Shown here: positions 10,495 to 20,771 of the stretch, piece by piece | How the letters are laid out: each line of letters opens with the position of its first letter | How positions within the stretch are numbered: the stretch's first letter is position 1 | DNA from: an uncultured cyanobacterium | GTDB lineage: Bacteria; Cyanobacteriota; Cyanobacteriia; Cyanobacteriales; Cyanobacteriaceae | Direction: 5' to 3' | NCBI GenBank assembly: GCA_963749915.1 | Contig: CAVVOP010000034.1 | Location: 1 to 40,367 of the forward strand | DNA: 40,367 nucleotides | The notes under the pieces: generated by a model | What the model saw: the letters and a program-made list of their open reading frames with translations, nothing else | What the model was told of the DNA's origin: nothing | Database searches by the model: none | Position numbers and translations under genes: made by a program

Positions 10495-12078
10495 TTAATT
10501 GCTAATTGCCACACCCTGCCATGCTAAACCATAAGATTGCACCGGTTGATTAATTTGGGCAGCAAATTTTACCCTGATTTTATATTCACCTGTTTCGGGA
10601 ATAGGGCAGAAAATATGTTCTACACTGTCAACTTTACTCAGGGATGAACAAATCACTTTTTGTTCATTATTATTAGAAATTAACTCTAAATCTAAATTAT
10701 TTAAACTTTTATCACTAAAATTTTCTCCTAGGTCATATTCTTGATTATTATTGTAATCATTTAATTCTACGAAGCGATCCCATGCCAAAGTAACAGAAAT
10801 ATAGCTATTTGCCTTTAAAGATTGTTTAATAATATAATCATGGATATCTTTTTTCTCAATTTTACTATAGTTCCAGCCCATATTCGGTACTTTGTCCTTA
10901 TGGGTATATTGTCCAGCTTTTAATTGATGATAAGCTCTCATGGTGTTTAAATGTCCCGTTCCCATTTGTATATCTAGGGGAATTTCTGGATTGAAATAAG
11001 CATCACTTTCTAACCAAGTTTGATTATTTTGAGTTAAAACATTACGGGTCATTCCTAACAAATTACCGTCTCCTTTATCTTTAAGTTTATCGGCAGAGTT
11101 AAGTAAAATTACTTTCATAACTTCATGATGTTGATAATCTTTTGTCCAAGTGGTCGGTTTTTCTTGTAAAAAATTGTTACCGGCCTCTTGCAATAAAGCC
11201 ACAGATGCAGTTATATGAGGAGCGGCAAAACTACTTCCCGTCACTTGCTCAACTCGACCCTCAATATTATAAACATTAATTTTATTCCCCGGAGCGAGTA
11301 AACTAATACTACGTCTGGCACCGACATTTATTTCTTGTCGAATTAAAGCCTTGCCGATAACCAAAGGGGAAACACTTAAATTAGCAAAATCTACTTTCCT
11401 AAAAATACCATCTTTTCTCGTGCTATAAGCTGTAGTAATTCCGTTATAGTTATCTGTAGGAATGGGTATGCCTCCGTTCCCTTGATTTCCCGCCACGACA
11501 TATAAAACATCATGGACTCTTGCTGACCAATCCAAGCACTGAGTTAATAAAGCATTACCGTCTAATTGGGGATTTTCTCGGTGATCTCTGGCTAAGGACT
11601 CTCCAAAACTTAAATTAATGGTCTTCACATTAGCGCTATTTTGTAAAGCAATATTTTGGATGGTGATACATTCTTCTGGTTGTCCTGCATTTTCAAGAGA
11701 ACCCACTGCACCTGAATATAAATTAGCTAGGGGGGCGATTCCTCTTAATTTTTTTTGATCACTTATCATCACAGACGCAACCATCATGGCATGATTATCG
11801 ATGTGAGTATTGGGCTGTGCCGGTTCATTACGGTAAAATAAACGGGTAATGGGCAATTTTTTATATAAAGGGCTAACTTTATCGAGGGCGAATTTTTTAG
11901 GGCGACCAATTTCCACCTGACCGATACTAATCTTACGTCCTTGTAGATCATAGGGAGGTTGTTGTAACCTTTGTACATCGATGCCTTTTACCGATAAAGA
12001 TTCATTCAAAGCACCAACGGGAAGGGTAAAACCGAGTAGATTAATGACGGTTAACCATAATATTGTCTGTTTCATCAA
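10495..12078 (-). CDS. S8 (subtilisin-like) serine peptidase, secreted
   Basis: Signal peptide, DNHAMMVAS (His), VAGN (oxyanion Asn) and GSSFAAPH (Ser). Confidence 0.88.
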   Translation of the reverse strand: MMKQTILWLTVINLLGFTLPVGALNESLSVKGIDVQRLQQPPYDLQGRKISIGQVEIGRPKKFALDKVSPLYKKLPITRLFYRNEPAQPNTHIDNHAMMVASVMISDQKKLRGIAPLANLYSGAVGSLENAGQPEECITIQNIALQNSANVKTINLSFGESLARDHRENPQLDGNALLTQCLDWSARVHDVLYVVAGNQGNGGIPIPTDNYNGITTAYSTRKDGIFRKVDFANLSVSPLVIGKALIRQEINVGARRSISLLAPGNKINVYNIEGRVEQVTGSSFAAPHITASVALLQEAGNNFLQEKPTTWTKDYQHHEVMKVILLNSADKLKDKGDGNLLGMTRNVLTQNNQTWLESDAYFNPEIPLDIQMGTGHLNTMRAYHQLKAGQYTHKDKVPNMGWNYSKIEKKDIHDYIIKQSLKANSYISVTLAWDRFVELNDYNNNQEYDLGENFSDKSLNNLDLELISNNNEQKVICSSLSKVDSVEHIFCPIPETGEYKIRVKFAAQINQPVQSYGLAWQGVAISN

Positions 12079-12183
12079 TGATTTAAGCTCAGAGGTATCT
12101 AAGTTTACTGATTAGGCAGTAGCAAAATAATAATGTACCATTTTCGATCCTCCCTAACGCCTATCTCTTAGTATTGGGAGGAA

Positions 12184-12231
12184 GACTAGGAGACTAGGAG
12201 AAAATTAATTCCTAATTCCTAATTCCTAATT
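12184..12231. repeat. Short heptamer repeats (GACTAGGA x2, then AATTCCT x3) downstream of the Cu chaperone gene
   Basis: Seen directly. STRR-like, with a purine-rich arm followed by a pyrimidine-rich arm. Confidence 0.6.
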
Positions 12232-12420
12232 ATCAACAGTGTGTCCTGCTTCCACAATCGCCTCTTTAATCATATCTGGGGGTTTGCTCGTATTTACTTG
12301 CACAATTTTAGTGTCAATATCAATGCTAACCTCTGCTTGAGCATCGGCATTTTGAATTGCCGTAGTGATAGTTTTTGCACAAACTTCACAGGCGATACTT
12401 GGCACCTTTAAAGTAATCAT
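12226..12420 (-). CDS. Copper chaperone (Atx1/CopZ, HMA domain)
   Basis: 64 aa with VPSIACEVC metal site and C-terminal AGH. Confidence 0.92.
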   Translation of the reverse strand: MITLKVPSIACEVCAKTITTAIQNADAQAEVSIDIDTKIVQVNTSKPPDMIKEAIVEAGHTVDN

Positions 12421-12440
12421 AAATAATTGGTGATTGATGA

Positions 12441-13106
12441 TTATTTAGAACTATAATACTGTTTTTCTAGGGATTGTTGTTGTAGTTCGATAACTTGTTT
12501 TTCTAATTGCTCAATTCTATCTAATAGAGTTCTAATGACGGTGGCTTCAGAATCTGGCAGATTACTATGATCCAGAGGATCAACTTTTTCTCCTGAGCGG
12601 TAAACGACTCTTCCAGGAATACCAACGACGGTACAATCCGCGGGAACATCTCTTAAAACGATAGATCCTGCACCAATGCGCACATCATGACCGATGAGAA
12701 TATTACCTAAAATTTTGGCACCGGCACCCACCACCACATTTTCTCCGAGGGTCGGATGACGTTTTCCACTTTGTTTTCCTGTACCACCTAGGGTAACTCC
12801 TTGATAAATTAAGCAGTAATCGCCGATAATAGCTGTTTCCCCAATTACTACTCCCATACCGTGATCGATAAATACACCTTTACCAATGGTTGCACCGGGA
12901 TGGATTTCAATACCCGTGAAAAACCGTCCGATGTGAGATAGAATACGGGGAATAAGGGGTAGTCCGAAGTTGTATAGCCGATGGGAAAAACGATGGAGAA
13001 CTAATGCTTGTAAACCGGGGTAGCAGAGTATAACCTCTAACCAATTACGGGCAGCAGGATCTCGTTCAAATATGATTTTAAAATCAGCGATGAGTGATGA
13101 TAGCAC
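12441..13106 (-). CDS. cysE: Serine O-acetyltransferase
   Basis: [26 protein letters not shown] and TLGGTGK...KRHP. Confidence 0.97.
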   Translation of the reverse strand: MLSSLIADFKIIFERDPAARNWLEVILCYPGLQALVLHRFSHRLYNFGLPLIPRILSHIGRFFTGIEIHPGATIGKGVFIDHGMGVVIGETAIIGDYCLIYQGVTLGGTGKQSGKRHPTLGENVVVGAGAKILGNILIGHDVRIGAGSIVLRDVPADCTVVGIPGRVVYRSGEKVDPLDHSNLPDSEATVIRTLLDRIEQLEKQVIELQQQSLEKQYYSSK

Positions 13107-13266
13107 GGTTAGCTAGTTTTTCTATCTAATAGGTTATATTAACTATAATATCTTTTATTTGTCATCTTTAGCCAAGAACCCAATAAAATACTTCGGTTTT
13201 GCCGAAAAAGTGTTTTGGTGAAGACAGGGAATTGGCCATAGTTTGAACCCCTTTCAATCTTGGAAT

Positions 13267-14553
13267 TTAACAAGATTTTATTTGACAAACTGCATAATAT
13301 TCTGATGAAAGATATTGAGATGCATAAGCCCGTAAATTTTCTACTGATAATTGTTTCACTATATTTGGATATTCTAAGGCTAGATCCGCTTTTTTGAGTA
13401 TTTGGTAATAACCGTATAATCCAGCTAATTGTTCAGGGGTTTCCGTAGAAAAAATATAGTCATGACATAAGACCCGTTGGCAAGTTTTCAGTTCGTGGGC
13501 TGTAATGGGTTCTGTTTGCAACTTATAAATGTTTTCTCTGATGAGAGCTTCTATTTGTTCAAAATTATCATCTGATAAGTAAGCAGAAATGATGAATAAA
13601 CTGGAGTGTTTTTGTAAAGAAAAGTCACAGCTTATATCCAAGAGTAAATGTTCCTCTTCCCTCAGTTTTCTGATTAGCCTTGAGGTTCTACCCCCAGTTA
13701 AAATAAGGGATAACATATCAAGGGCGATGGCACCTTCTAAATTTTCAATACCCGGTCCCATCCATCCCATAACTAATCGAGGCTGTTCAAGTCGGGGTAA
13801 AAATAACTGTTGGCGACGCACATCAATAATAGGTGGTTCACTGTCAAAATTAGCTGGAGGACATTCTGAACGCAGGGAAAAATCCTGAAAACAATTTTCC
13901 ACTAGAGAAATAGATGTATCTTGATCAATATTGCCGACTAACACCACGGTCATATTTTCTGGCTGATAATAGGTTTTATGATAACATCGCATTTGATTGG
14001 GCGTATTTCGTAATAACAGGGACTCGTCTCCTAAGACTGATCGTCTATAGGGATGATTTTGATAAATATTACTAGCCATATTTTGAAGAATTATCCAGTC
14101 GCAATCATCATAACTAGATCGTATTTCTTCTAAAACTACATCTCTTTCAATGTAAAACTCCTCATCGGGAATTTCTGCTTGTAATAAAATTTCTGCTAAA
14201 TAGGGCAAGGTCCCAGGCAGGTATTGATAGGCGGTAGTTAAGAAAAAATGGGTATAGTCATAACTTGTAGCGGCGTTAGCTAGACCCCCTGTACTTTCCA
14301 CCACATAATCAAAGTCTCCAGGAAGTATATTTTTTGTACCTTTAAAGATCATGTGTTCTAAAAAATGAGATATTCCTGACCATGATTCGGGTTCGGTGGT
14401 TACTCCTGCACCCACCCACACATCAGCCACCACCACTGAACTAGAGGGGATGTGTTGATGTACTAAGGTTAGTCCATTGGGAAAGGAGATTGTTTCAAGA
14501 TCATAACGACAATATGATTGCTTTTGAATCTGATGATCTGTTGGCAGTATCAT
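13267..14553 (-). CDS. M16 (pitrilysin-family) zinc peptidase
   Basis: HFLEHMIFKGT inverted zinc motif, NAATSYDYT and ERDVVLEE. Confidence 0.94.
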   Translation of the reverse strand: MILPTDHQIQKQSYCRYDLETISFPNGLTLVHQHIPSSSVVVADVWVGAGVTTEPESWSGISHFLEHMIFKGTKNILPGDFDYVVESTGGLANAATSYDYTHFFLTTAYQYLPGTLPYLAEILLQAEIPDEEFYIERDVVLEEIRSSYDDCDWIILQNMASNIYQNHPYRRSVLGDESLLLRNTPNQMRCYHKTYYQPENMTVVLVGNIDQDTSISLVENCFQDFSLRSECPPANFDSEPPIIDVRRQQLFLPRLEQPRLVMGWMGPGIENLEGAIALDMLSLILTGGRTSRLIRKLREEEHLLLDISCDFSLQKHSSLFIISAYLSDDNFEQIEALIRENIYKLQTEPITAHELKTCQRVLCHDYIFSTETPEQLAGLYGYYQILKKADLALEYPNIVKQLSVENLRAYASQYLSSEYYAVCQIKSC

Positions 14554-14728
14554 GTAAAAGCACTTATTTATTTACCTTTCCTTAATCTTACCTTTACTTT
14601 TACTAATTAAGTTAGTTAACAATCGGTAATTTAGATGAGGAAAAAGAGCGATTTTTTTGATGATTGCCTATTTACACAACCTTTTCAGGAAGTTTAGGAA
14701 GTATTCAGCTTTTTCTTATTTGTCAAGA

Positions 14729-15211
14729 TTAGTTGATTTTTCGCACATTTCCCGACTTAACCCATCCTTCTTGTCCGCTACCAGGAATACGAACTTTTTG
14801 CCATTGATTATCATCACTGCTACTCAAAATAATTAATTCTGCATTGTAATCAACTCCACCAATTCTTTCGGCTTTACTGCTAGGTTCTGCTCGTAAACTT
14901 AATCCTGTTGACCATGTTACTTTTGCCGAATAAGCACCTGCGGGTAAATTTTCTGGTTCGGGTTTTTTTTCTGGTTCAGGTTTTTTAACTTCAGTTTTTT
15001 CTGGTTGAGAAGTTTGTTTGTTAGAGACCTCTGGCGGAGATTTTTTTTCGGGGGAAGGTTTTTCCTCAGCAAAAGTGTGTTTAGAGGGAATTACGGAGAC
15101 GTTGGTGAGGAAAAAGTATGCACCTCCTGCGATGCCGACACCAAATAAGATTACACCTAAAAAGAAACCAATAATAAATTGAAACAGGCTTGATGGATTC
15201 ATAATTGACAA
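14729..15211 (-). CDS. Membrane-anchored SH3b-domain protein
   Basis: N-terminal TM helix, P/E/K-rich linker, then GLSLRAEPS...WQKVR...EGWVK. Confidence 0.82.
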   Translation of the reverse strand: MSIMNPSSLFQFIIGFFLGVILFGVGIAGGAYFFLTNVSVIPSKHTFAEEKPSPEKKSPPEVSNKQTSQPEKTEVKKPEPEKKPEPENLPAGAYSAKVTWSTGLSLRAEPSSKAERIGGVDYNAELIILSSSDDNQWQKVRIPGSGQEGWVKSGNVRKIN

Positions 15212-15352
15212 GGGGGAAATGACACTTAGATTTTAACTTCAAATATTAACAAATTATCTACCCATGAGATCAACTAACAAGAGTTCGAAGGTCGAGGTTA
15301 GAACAAAGGTGGACAGAGAGACACTTAAGACTAAAGGGAATTGTTCATTGCT

Positions 15353-16903
15353 TTAATCTTCTTTTTGTTTTTCGGAAAATTTTAAATTCCCCCATGTTAA
15401 TTTCTGTTGTAAGGTTTTAACGTCACCCTGTTTAGCGGCGTTTTTCACTTCCCTAATATAATGGGCATTAGCGATGGCCTCCTCTTTAGAACGGGAACTG
15501 GTTTCAAAGCATTTTTCTAAGGCTTGATAAATACCAACACGGCGAACTTTAGTGAAAAATTGACGCTCAATATCGAGTAACTTAGTCATTAATTCCAGCT
15601 GCATTTCGTCTTCACATAACTCTTGTAAAATTTCCCATTCTTCCCTACCCAGAAGGTTATTTCCAGCACCGATGCGGGGATCATTAAAATCCTCCTCTTT
15701 CACCTGTCGATAAATTTGGGGGAGACTATCATCAAATTCGTGTTTTTCTTCTAACCAGAGGCGTCGAATTTCGCTTAATTCTTCAGTGGTAATTAGTTTT
15801 ATATCTTGAAATTCTGAGGGGGCAAATTTTTTGATACTCATCTCTGCCTCTAATACTTTTCTTAACCAATATTCTCGCCACTTTTTAATGTAAGGACCCG
15901 GAATGGGCTCAATAGAAGTATTACCATCAACATTACGCTCAAATAACTCTACTTTTCCGTAAATTCGCCGAAAATCTCGCTTATCTCGATCATCTCTGAT
16001 GTCTAACTCGTTACGAATATCTAACAATGGTTGTAACCATTCCTTCTCCTCATCATTTTGAATCATCGCCTCCATCGATTTATCTTTACTTACCATGGTA
16101 CAGACCCAACAACCGAAACGAGAGTCCCCACAACTGGGGGTTGAAGTATCCACCACTAAAGGGCATTCATTGTCTGCTGTAGCACCTCGATACATGACGA
16201 ATAAATCCTGATTATCCCCGCCCCAGGGATTTTGCCACTGCAATAAATACAGCCAAACTTCATCGGTTCGCCAATCTTCGATGGGGGTATAAATATAAGA
16301 ATTAGGCAGACGAGAATTATAGTTCAAACGATCTCTAAATCTACCTTGAGCGTGTTTTTCCATTCTTTTGGCACGGGTGATACTTTCAGCTTTACGAGTT
16401 CCTAAAACAAGGATAATTTCTCCATGATTACGGACGGTTTCCCGTATATAATTATCAGCTGGTTGAATTTTCATTCTATCAGTACACCATCTAAATCCGT
16501 GACGAGGTGCGGGATAGCCTTTACCAATCAAACACACCCAAAAAGTATCTTTTACCGCAGGGGTTAGTAAATGAGGTTCAAAGGGCATTTGTTGTTCTTT
16601 GGCGGCTATTTCCATGCGTTTTAGGCAGGTTTTCACCCAGTGGGCAACTATGGGATTTTCTACTTGAGTATCGGTAGTAATCACATAAATTTTTTTTTGG
16701 CGTTTTTCTATGGGTAAGGCGGCGATCGCATTCCAAATTAATTGTACAATACAAGAACTATCCTTTCCACCACTGTAACCGATAATCCAAGGAAGATGAT
16801 CTTGGGAATATAATTCTTGAATTTCGGCGGTTAAAACTTCAATATCAGCGACTAACTCTTCTAAACTACGGGGAGGAAAAAGAGGAATTTGAGTACCATT
16901 CAT
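15353..16903 (-). CDS. dndC: DNA phosphorothioation sulfurtransferase DndC
   Basis: PAPS-reductase-like GYSGGKDS, GKGYPAP...FRWCTDRMKI, ECPLVVD..TPSCGDSRFGCWVC and PGPY. Start ATG 16903, or TTG 16924 as in the ORF track. Confidence 0.92.
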   Translation of the reverse strand: MNGTQIPLFPPRSLEELVADIEVLTAEIQELYSQDHLPWIIGYSGGKDSSCIVQLIWNAIAALPIEKRQKKIYVITTDTQVENPIVAHWVKTCLKRMEIAAKEQQMPFEPHLLTPAVKDTFWVCLIGKGYPAPRHGFRWCTDRMKIQPADNYIRETVRNHGEIILVLGTRKAESITRAKRMEKHAQGRFRDRLNYNSRLPNSYIYTPIEDWRTDEVWLYLLQWQNPWGGDNQDLFVMYRGATADNECPLVVDTSTPSCGDSRFGCWVCTMVSKDKSMEAMIQNDEEKEWLQPLLDIRNELDIRDDRDKRDFRRIYGKVELFERNVDGNTSIEPIPGPYIKKWREYWLRKVLEAEMSIKKFAPSEFQDIKLITTEELSEIRRLWLEEKHEFDDSLPQIYRQVKEEDFNDPRIGAGNNLLGREEWEILQELCEDEMQLELMTKLLDIERQFFTKVRRVGIYQALEKCFETSSRSKEEAIANAHYIREVKNAAKQGDVKTLQQKLTWGNLKFSEKQKED

Positions 16904-17035
16904 AAAATAGTTAATAATGAACAATTGGCGATTAATATTATTTTAACCAACTATCAACTATCGACGATTTTAAGGACAGAATACAATCTGCCTAGAAAAG
17001 ATTAACTGTTAATTATCAATAAAATTGCCCACTAA

Positions 17036-17527
17036 ATGATAAAAACTCGATGTAATCAAAATCTGAAAAAACGGGGAAAATCACCATCGATAAGAAGATA
17101 CTTGGAGTATCATAAATTACGACTACTAAGATTAAAAGAACATCCTCAAAAAATTGCCAGAGGGTTTAGTGCGGGGGTGTTTGCAGGATGTTTTCCCCTT
17201 CTCGGCCTACAATTTGTCATGGCGATAATTTTTGCTTTCATCATTAAAGGAAATAAATTTACGGCAATAATAGGTACATGGATTAGTAATCCTTTTACTT
17301 ATGTTCCTTTATTTTTATTTAACTTTCAAGTTGGTAAATTAATAGTTGATATTTTTATCCCCCATAACGAGATGGAGTTTAATTGGGATTCCTTAAAACA
17401 AATTAGTGATTTAGGTACAGAAATAACGGCTACTCTTTTGTTAGGATCTACCATCGTGGGTTTATGTTCTAGTTTTATCGCTTACCATCTTATTCTTACC
17501 CTTTTGAACAAGGGCAAAAACAATTAA
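17036..17527 (+). CDS. DUF2062-family membrane protein
   Basis: PQKIARGFSAGVFAGCFP and GTWISNPFTYVP. Confidence 0.85.
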   Translation: MIKTRCNQNLKKRGKSPSIRRYLEYHKLRLLRLKEHPQKIARGFSAGVFAGCFPLLGLQFVMAIIFAFIIKGNKFTAIIGTWISNPFTYVPLFLFNFQVGKLIVDIFIPHNEMEFNWDSLKQISDLGTEITATLLLGSTIVGLCSSFIAYHLILTLLNKGKNN

Positions 17528-17552
17528 GGTAATATATTAATTATCAATTGTC

Positions 17553-18746
17553 TTAAATACGGCTTTGAGGCTCAAAAAATAAGGCCCTCACAACGGCTTT
17601 GCGTAAATCATTGGTTTCCATTGGTGCATTTTCCCAGAGAGTTTCATAGTAGAAAAAAGCAACCCCTAATCGGTATCGCCTTGCCTGACGCACTTTTTCT
17701 TCGATGAGAGTAATAGGAGTAGATTTATTTCTCAATCCCGTTAAAATGGCTACTCCGGTGGGTATTTTTTGTCTGGCAGATTGTATTTGAGGACTGTTTA
17801 ATTCTGAGACAAAACTAGGCAAATCTGGACGATAAACTTGGATGATCAACTCATCGACAATGCCTTTATTAACCCATGTATGCCAATCCTGTAAAAATAA
17901 ATTATAAGCCGTAGAGTAGGGATTAGGGGCCACAGAAAAAATAGCATTCGGTTTTCTTTCTTTGACTGATTTATTCAATCTCACCATAAAATCAGTGATT
18001 TTATCGGCACGCCACTTTATCCAACCTTGATCTTGAGGATTAGTAGGGGGATTTTTTTTCGTCTCTTGTTTATATAATGCGACGGTATAAGGATCATAAC
18101 CAAAATCTCTAGGTAAAACAGTATGATCATCAAATTGAATACCATCAACAGGGTATTTAGTGATTATTTCTAGTACTAAATCCGTGATAAATTGTTGTAC
18201 TTGAGGGTGGAAGGGATTAAGCCAGGCTACGGGTCCTGCGGCACTTTCCCCGATTTTACTACCATCTCGGCGATTGGTTAACCATCGGGGGTTTCTGGTG
18301 GCTAACTCGGAAGAAGGAGGAGTCATGAAACCAAATTCAAACCAAGGAATCACTAATAATCCTTGTAAATGCCCTTCTCTTACAATATCACCAAATACAT
18401 CTTGATTATGTAGGCTCGATCGCACTAGGGGTGGAATCCCAACACTTTCGGCTACTTGACTAGGATAAGAGACATAACCAGAATTCCAAACCACAGGATA
18501 AATGGTGTTAAAGTTAACCTCGGCTAATTCTCTTAAGCTAATTTCCAGTCGCGATGGATCCAAGAATATATCAGTATCATTTTTTGTCAACCAAACCCCT
18601 CGAATTTCGGGAAAAGATGATTGACTAACTACTTGTTGAGGGTTAAGAAAAACTACGAGAAACACCGACACTAAAAATAAGATGACGGTTTTCTTTATTT
18701 TACTGATACTGATGTTCGCGATCGAAAAAAGATGATTCATTCTCAA
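17553..18746 (-). CDS. Glycoside hydrolase-like family 10 (GHL10/DUF187) protein
   Basis: EIRGVW, FNTIYPVVWN.G, IPWFEFG, WLNPFHPQVQ and VDGIQFDDH. Confidence 0.88.
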   Translation of the reverse strand: MRMNHLFSIANISISKIKKTVILFLVSVFLVVFLNPQQVVSQSSFPEIRGVWLTKNDTDIFLDPSRLEISLRELAEVNFNTIYPVVWNSGYVSYPSQVAESVGIPPLVRSSLHNQDVFGDIVREGHLQGLLVIPWFEFGFMTPPSSELATRNPRWLTNRRDGSKIGESAAGPVAWLNPFHPQVQQFITDLVLEIITKYPVDGIQFDDHTVLPRDFGYDPYTVALYKQETKKNPPTNPQDQGWIKWRADKITDFMVRLNKSVKERKPNAIFSVAPNPYSTAYNLFLQDWHTWVNKGIVDELIIQVYRPDLPSFVSELNSPQIQSARQKIPTGVAILTGLRNKSTPITLIEEKVRQARRYRLGVAFFYYETLWENAPMETNDLRKAVVRALFFEPQSRI

Positions 18747-18923
18747 GATGTCAAAAATTTGCTTAGTCTATGTTAACAATAATTAAGTCATTAAATAATA
18801 ATTGTTAAGGTGTGGCAAATTCTGAAAAGTTATCTCCTAACATGAAAGAATCGAATTGCTTTTTTAACAAATTAAGATGCAATTATCGAATCCTAGTATA
18901 TTAATTTAAGGAGATCTTAGCTT

Positions 18924-20570
18924 ATGTTTTGCGAACAATGTGAACAAACGGCTAGTGGTAATGGTTGTCATCAATTTGGTGCTTGTGGTAAAAGTCCAGA
19001 AGTTAATTCCATACAAGATTTAACGGTATATTGTCTCCGAGGTTTAGCTCCTGTTGTCATCAAAGCCAGAGAATTGGGTATTTCCACTCATTCCGCCGAT
19101 GTTTTTATCTGTGAAACTCTCTTTGCAACCATGACAAATGTCAATTTTAATCCCAAACGCTTTAGGGAATATTTACACCAGTGTTTAAATTTACGGGAAA
19201 CTCTCAAAACTCAGATTGAGCAACTATCAGCAAGGCCTATTGAATGGAGTGCCATCGCCAATTTTGAACCAAATTTTAATGAAAGTTTAGCAGAACAGGG
19301 GGAAAACGCCAACTTACATTTTTTGAGTCAGGCTAGTGATGTAGATATTTTTTCCTTAAAATTAACGGTACTTTATGGGGTGAAAGGCTTAGCTTCTTAT
19401 ACTTTTCATGCCTACGAATTGGGACAAGAAGACGATGGCGTTTATCATTTTATTGAAGAAGCATTGACAGATTTAGATCGTCATGATTTAAGTTTAGGTG
19501 ATTGGGTGGCGATCGCCTTAAAAGTAGGCGAAATGAACCTTCGGGCGATGGAATTACTGGATTTAGGACATACTAGTAGTTTTGGACATCCTACTCCAAC
19601 TCCTGTACCATTAAATTATAAAATAGGTAAAGCGATTCTCGTTTCAGGCCATGATATTAAACAATTAGCCGCTATTTTAGAGCAAACTAAAGATAAAAAC
19701 ATCACGGTTTATACTCACGGGGAATTATTACCGGCACACGGTTATCCTCAATTAAAAGCCAAATATCCCCATCTTTACGGACATTATGGCACTGCATGGC
19801 AGAATCAAACTAAAGATTTCGCTAAATTTCCGGGGGCGATCGCAGTTACTACTAATTGTCTAATGCCACCCCACGACAACTATGAAGATAAACTATATAC
19901 CGTTGGTCCCGTGGGTTATCCTAATCTTAACGCTTTTAGCACATCGGATCAAGCCACTCCTGATTATACTCCGTTGATTGAAAAAGCCTTAGCATTGCCC
20001 GGATTTACCGAAGAGAGCGAGTATCGGCAAGTATTAACGGGATTTGCTCATAATGCAGTGATGACAGTGGCAGATCAAGTAATTAACGCCGTAAAAGACG
20101 GTAAAATTCGTCATTTCTTTCTCGTTGGCGGTTGTGATGGTGCAAAACCCGGACGGACTTATTACACCGAATTTGTGGAACAAGTACCCGAAGATTGTAT
20201 CGTTTTAACCCTTGCTTGTGGAAAATTCCGCTTTTTTGACAAAAATTTAGGACAAATTGGTAATTTACCCCGTTTAATGGATGTGGGACAATGTAATGAT
20301 GCCTATTCTGCCATCCAAATAGCGTTAGGATTAGCCAATGCTTTTAATATCGGTGTTAATGAATTGCCCTTATCGATGATTATTTCTTGGTATGAACAAA
20401 AAGCCGTCGCAGTCTTACTAACTCTACTGCATTTAGGGATCAAAGATATTCGTTTAGGACCAACTTTACCCGCCTTTATTTCGCCCAATGTCTTTAAATT
20501 ATTATCAGACACTTATAATTTACAAGCTATTACTACACCTGAAAGAGATTTAGCAGCTTGTTTAGCTTAA
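18924..20570 (+). CDS. hcp: Hydroxylamine reductase (hybrid cluster protein)
   Basis: MFCEQCEQT..CGK, SGHD, THGELLPAH, GGCDG, DVGQCND and SWYEQKA. RBS AAGGAG upstream. Confidence 0.97.
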   Translation: MFCEQCEQTASGNGCHQFGACGKSPEVNSIQDLTVYCLRGLAPVVIKARELGISTHSADVFICETLFATMTNVNFNPKRFREYLHQCLNLRETLKTQIEQLSARPIEWSAIANFEPNFNESLAEQGENANLHFLSQASDVDIFSLKLTVLYGVKGLASYTFHAYELGQEDDGVYHFIEEALTDLDRHDLSLGDWVAIALKVGEMNLRAMELLDLGHTSSFGHPTPTPVPLNYKIGKAILVSGHDIKQLAAILEQTKDKNITVYTHGELLPAHGYPQLKAKYPHLYGHYGTAWQNQTKDFAKFPGAIAVTTNCLMPPHDNYEDKLYTVGPVGYPNLNAFSTSDQATPDYTPLIEKALALPGFTEESEYRQVLTGFAHNAVMTVADQVINAVKDGKIRHFFLVGGCDGAKPGRTYYTEFVEQVPEDCIVLTLACGKFRFFDKNLGQIGNLPRLMDVGQCNDAYSAIQIALGLANAFNIGVNELPLSMIISWYEQKAVAVLLTLLHLGIKDIRLGPTLPAFISPNVFKLLSDTYNLQAITTPERDLAACLA

Positions 20571-20616
20571 TTTGTCAAAATTAGTACTCTTGTAGGTCGG
20601 GTTGAATGACAAAATC

Positions 20617-20721
20617 TATAGCAGAAGGCAAAAGGCAAAGGGCAAAGGGCAAAAGGTAATTCTTTGCTGTGATTAAATTTCAGCGTTTGATAATGTCTTA
20701 ACCAACTCGTTCTCTGCTATA
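20617..20721. mobile_element. 105-bp MITE-like element with TATAGCAGA/TCTGCTATA terminal inverted repeats and internal GGCAAA(A/G) heptamers
   Basis: 9-bp TIRs beginning and ending in TA, located between the converging hcp and cofH genes. Confidence 0.65.
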
Positions 20722-20771
20722 ACATATTCATCTTTTGAACAAAACAACAACAATAGCACACTATTTATTCT

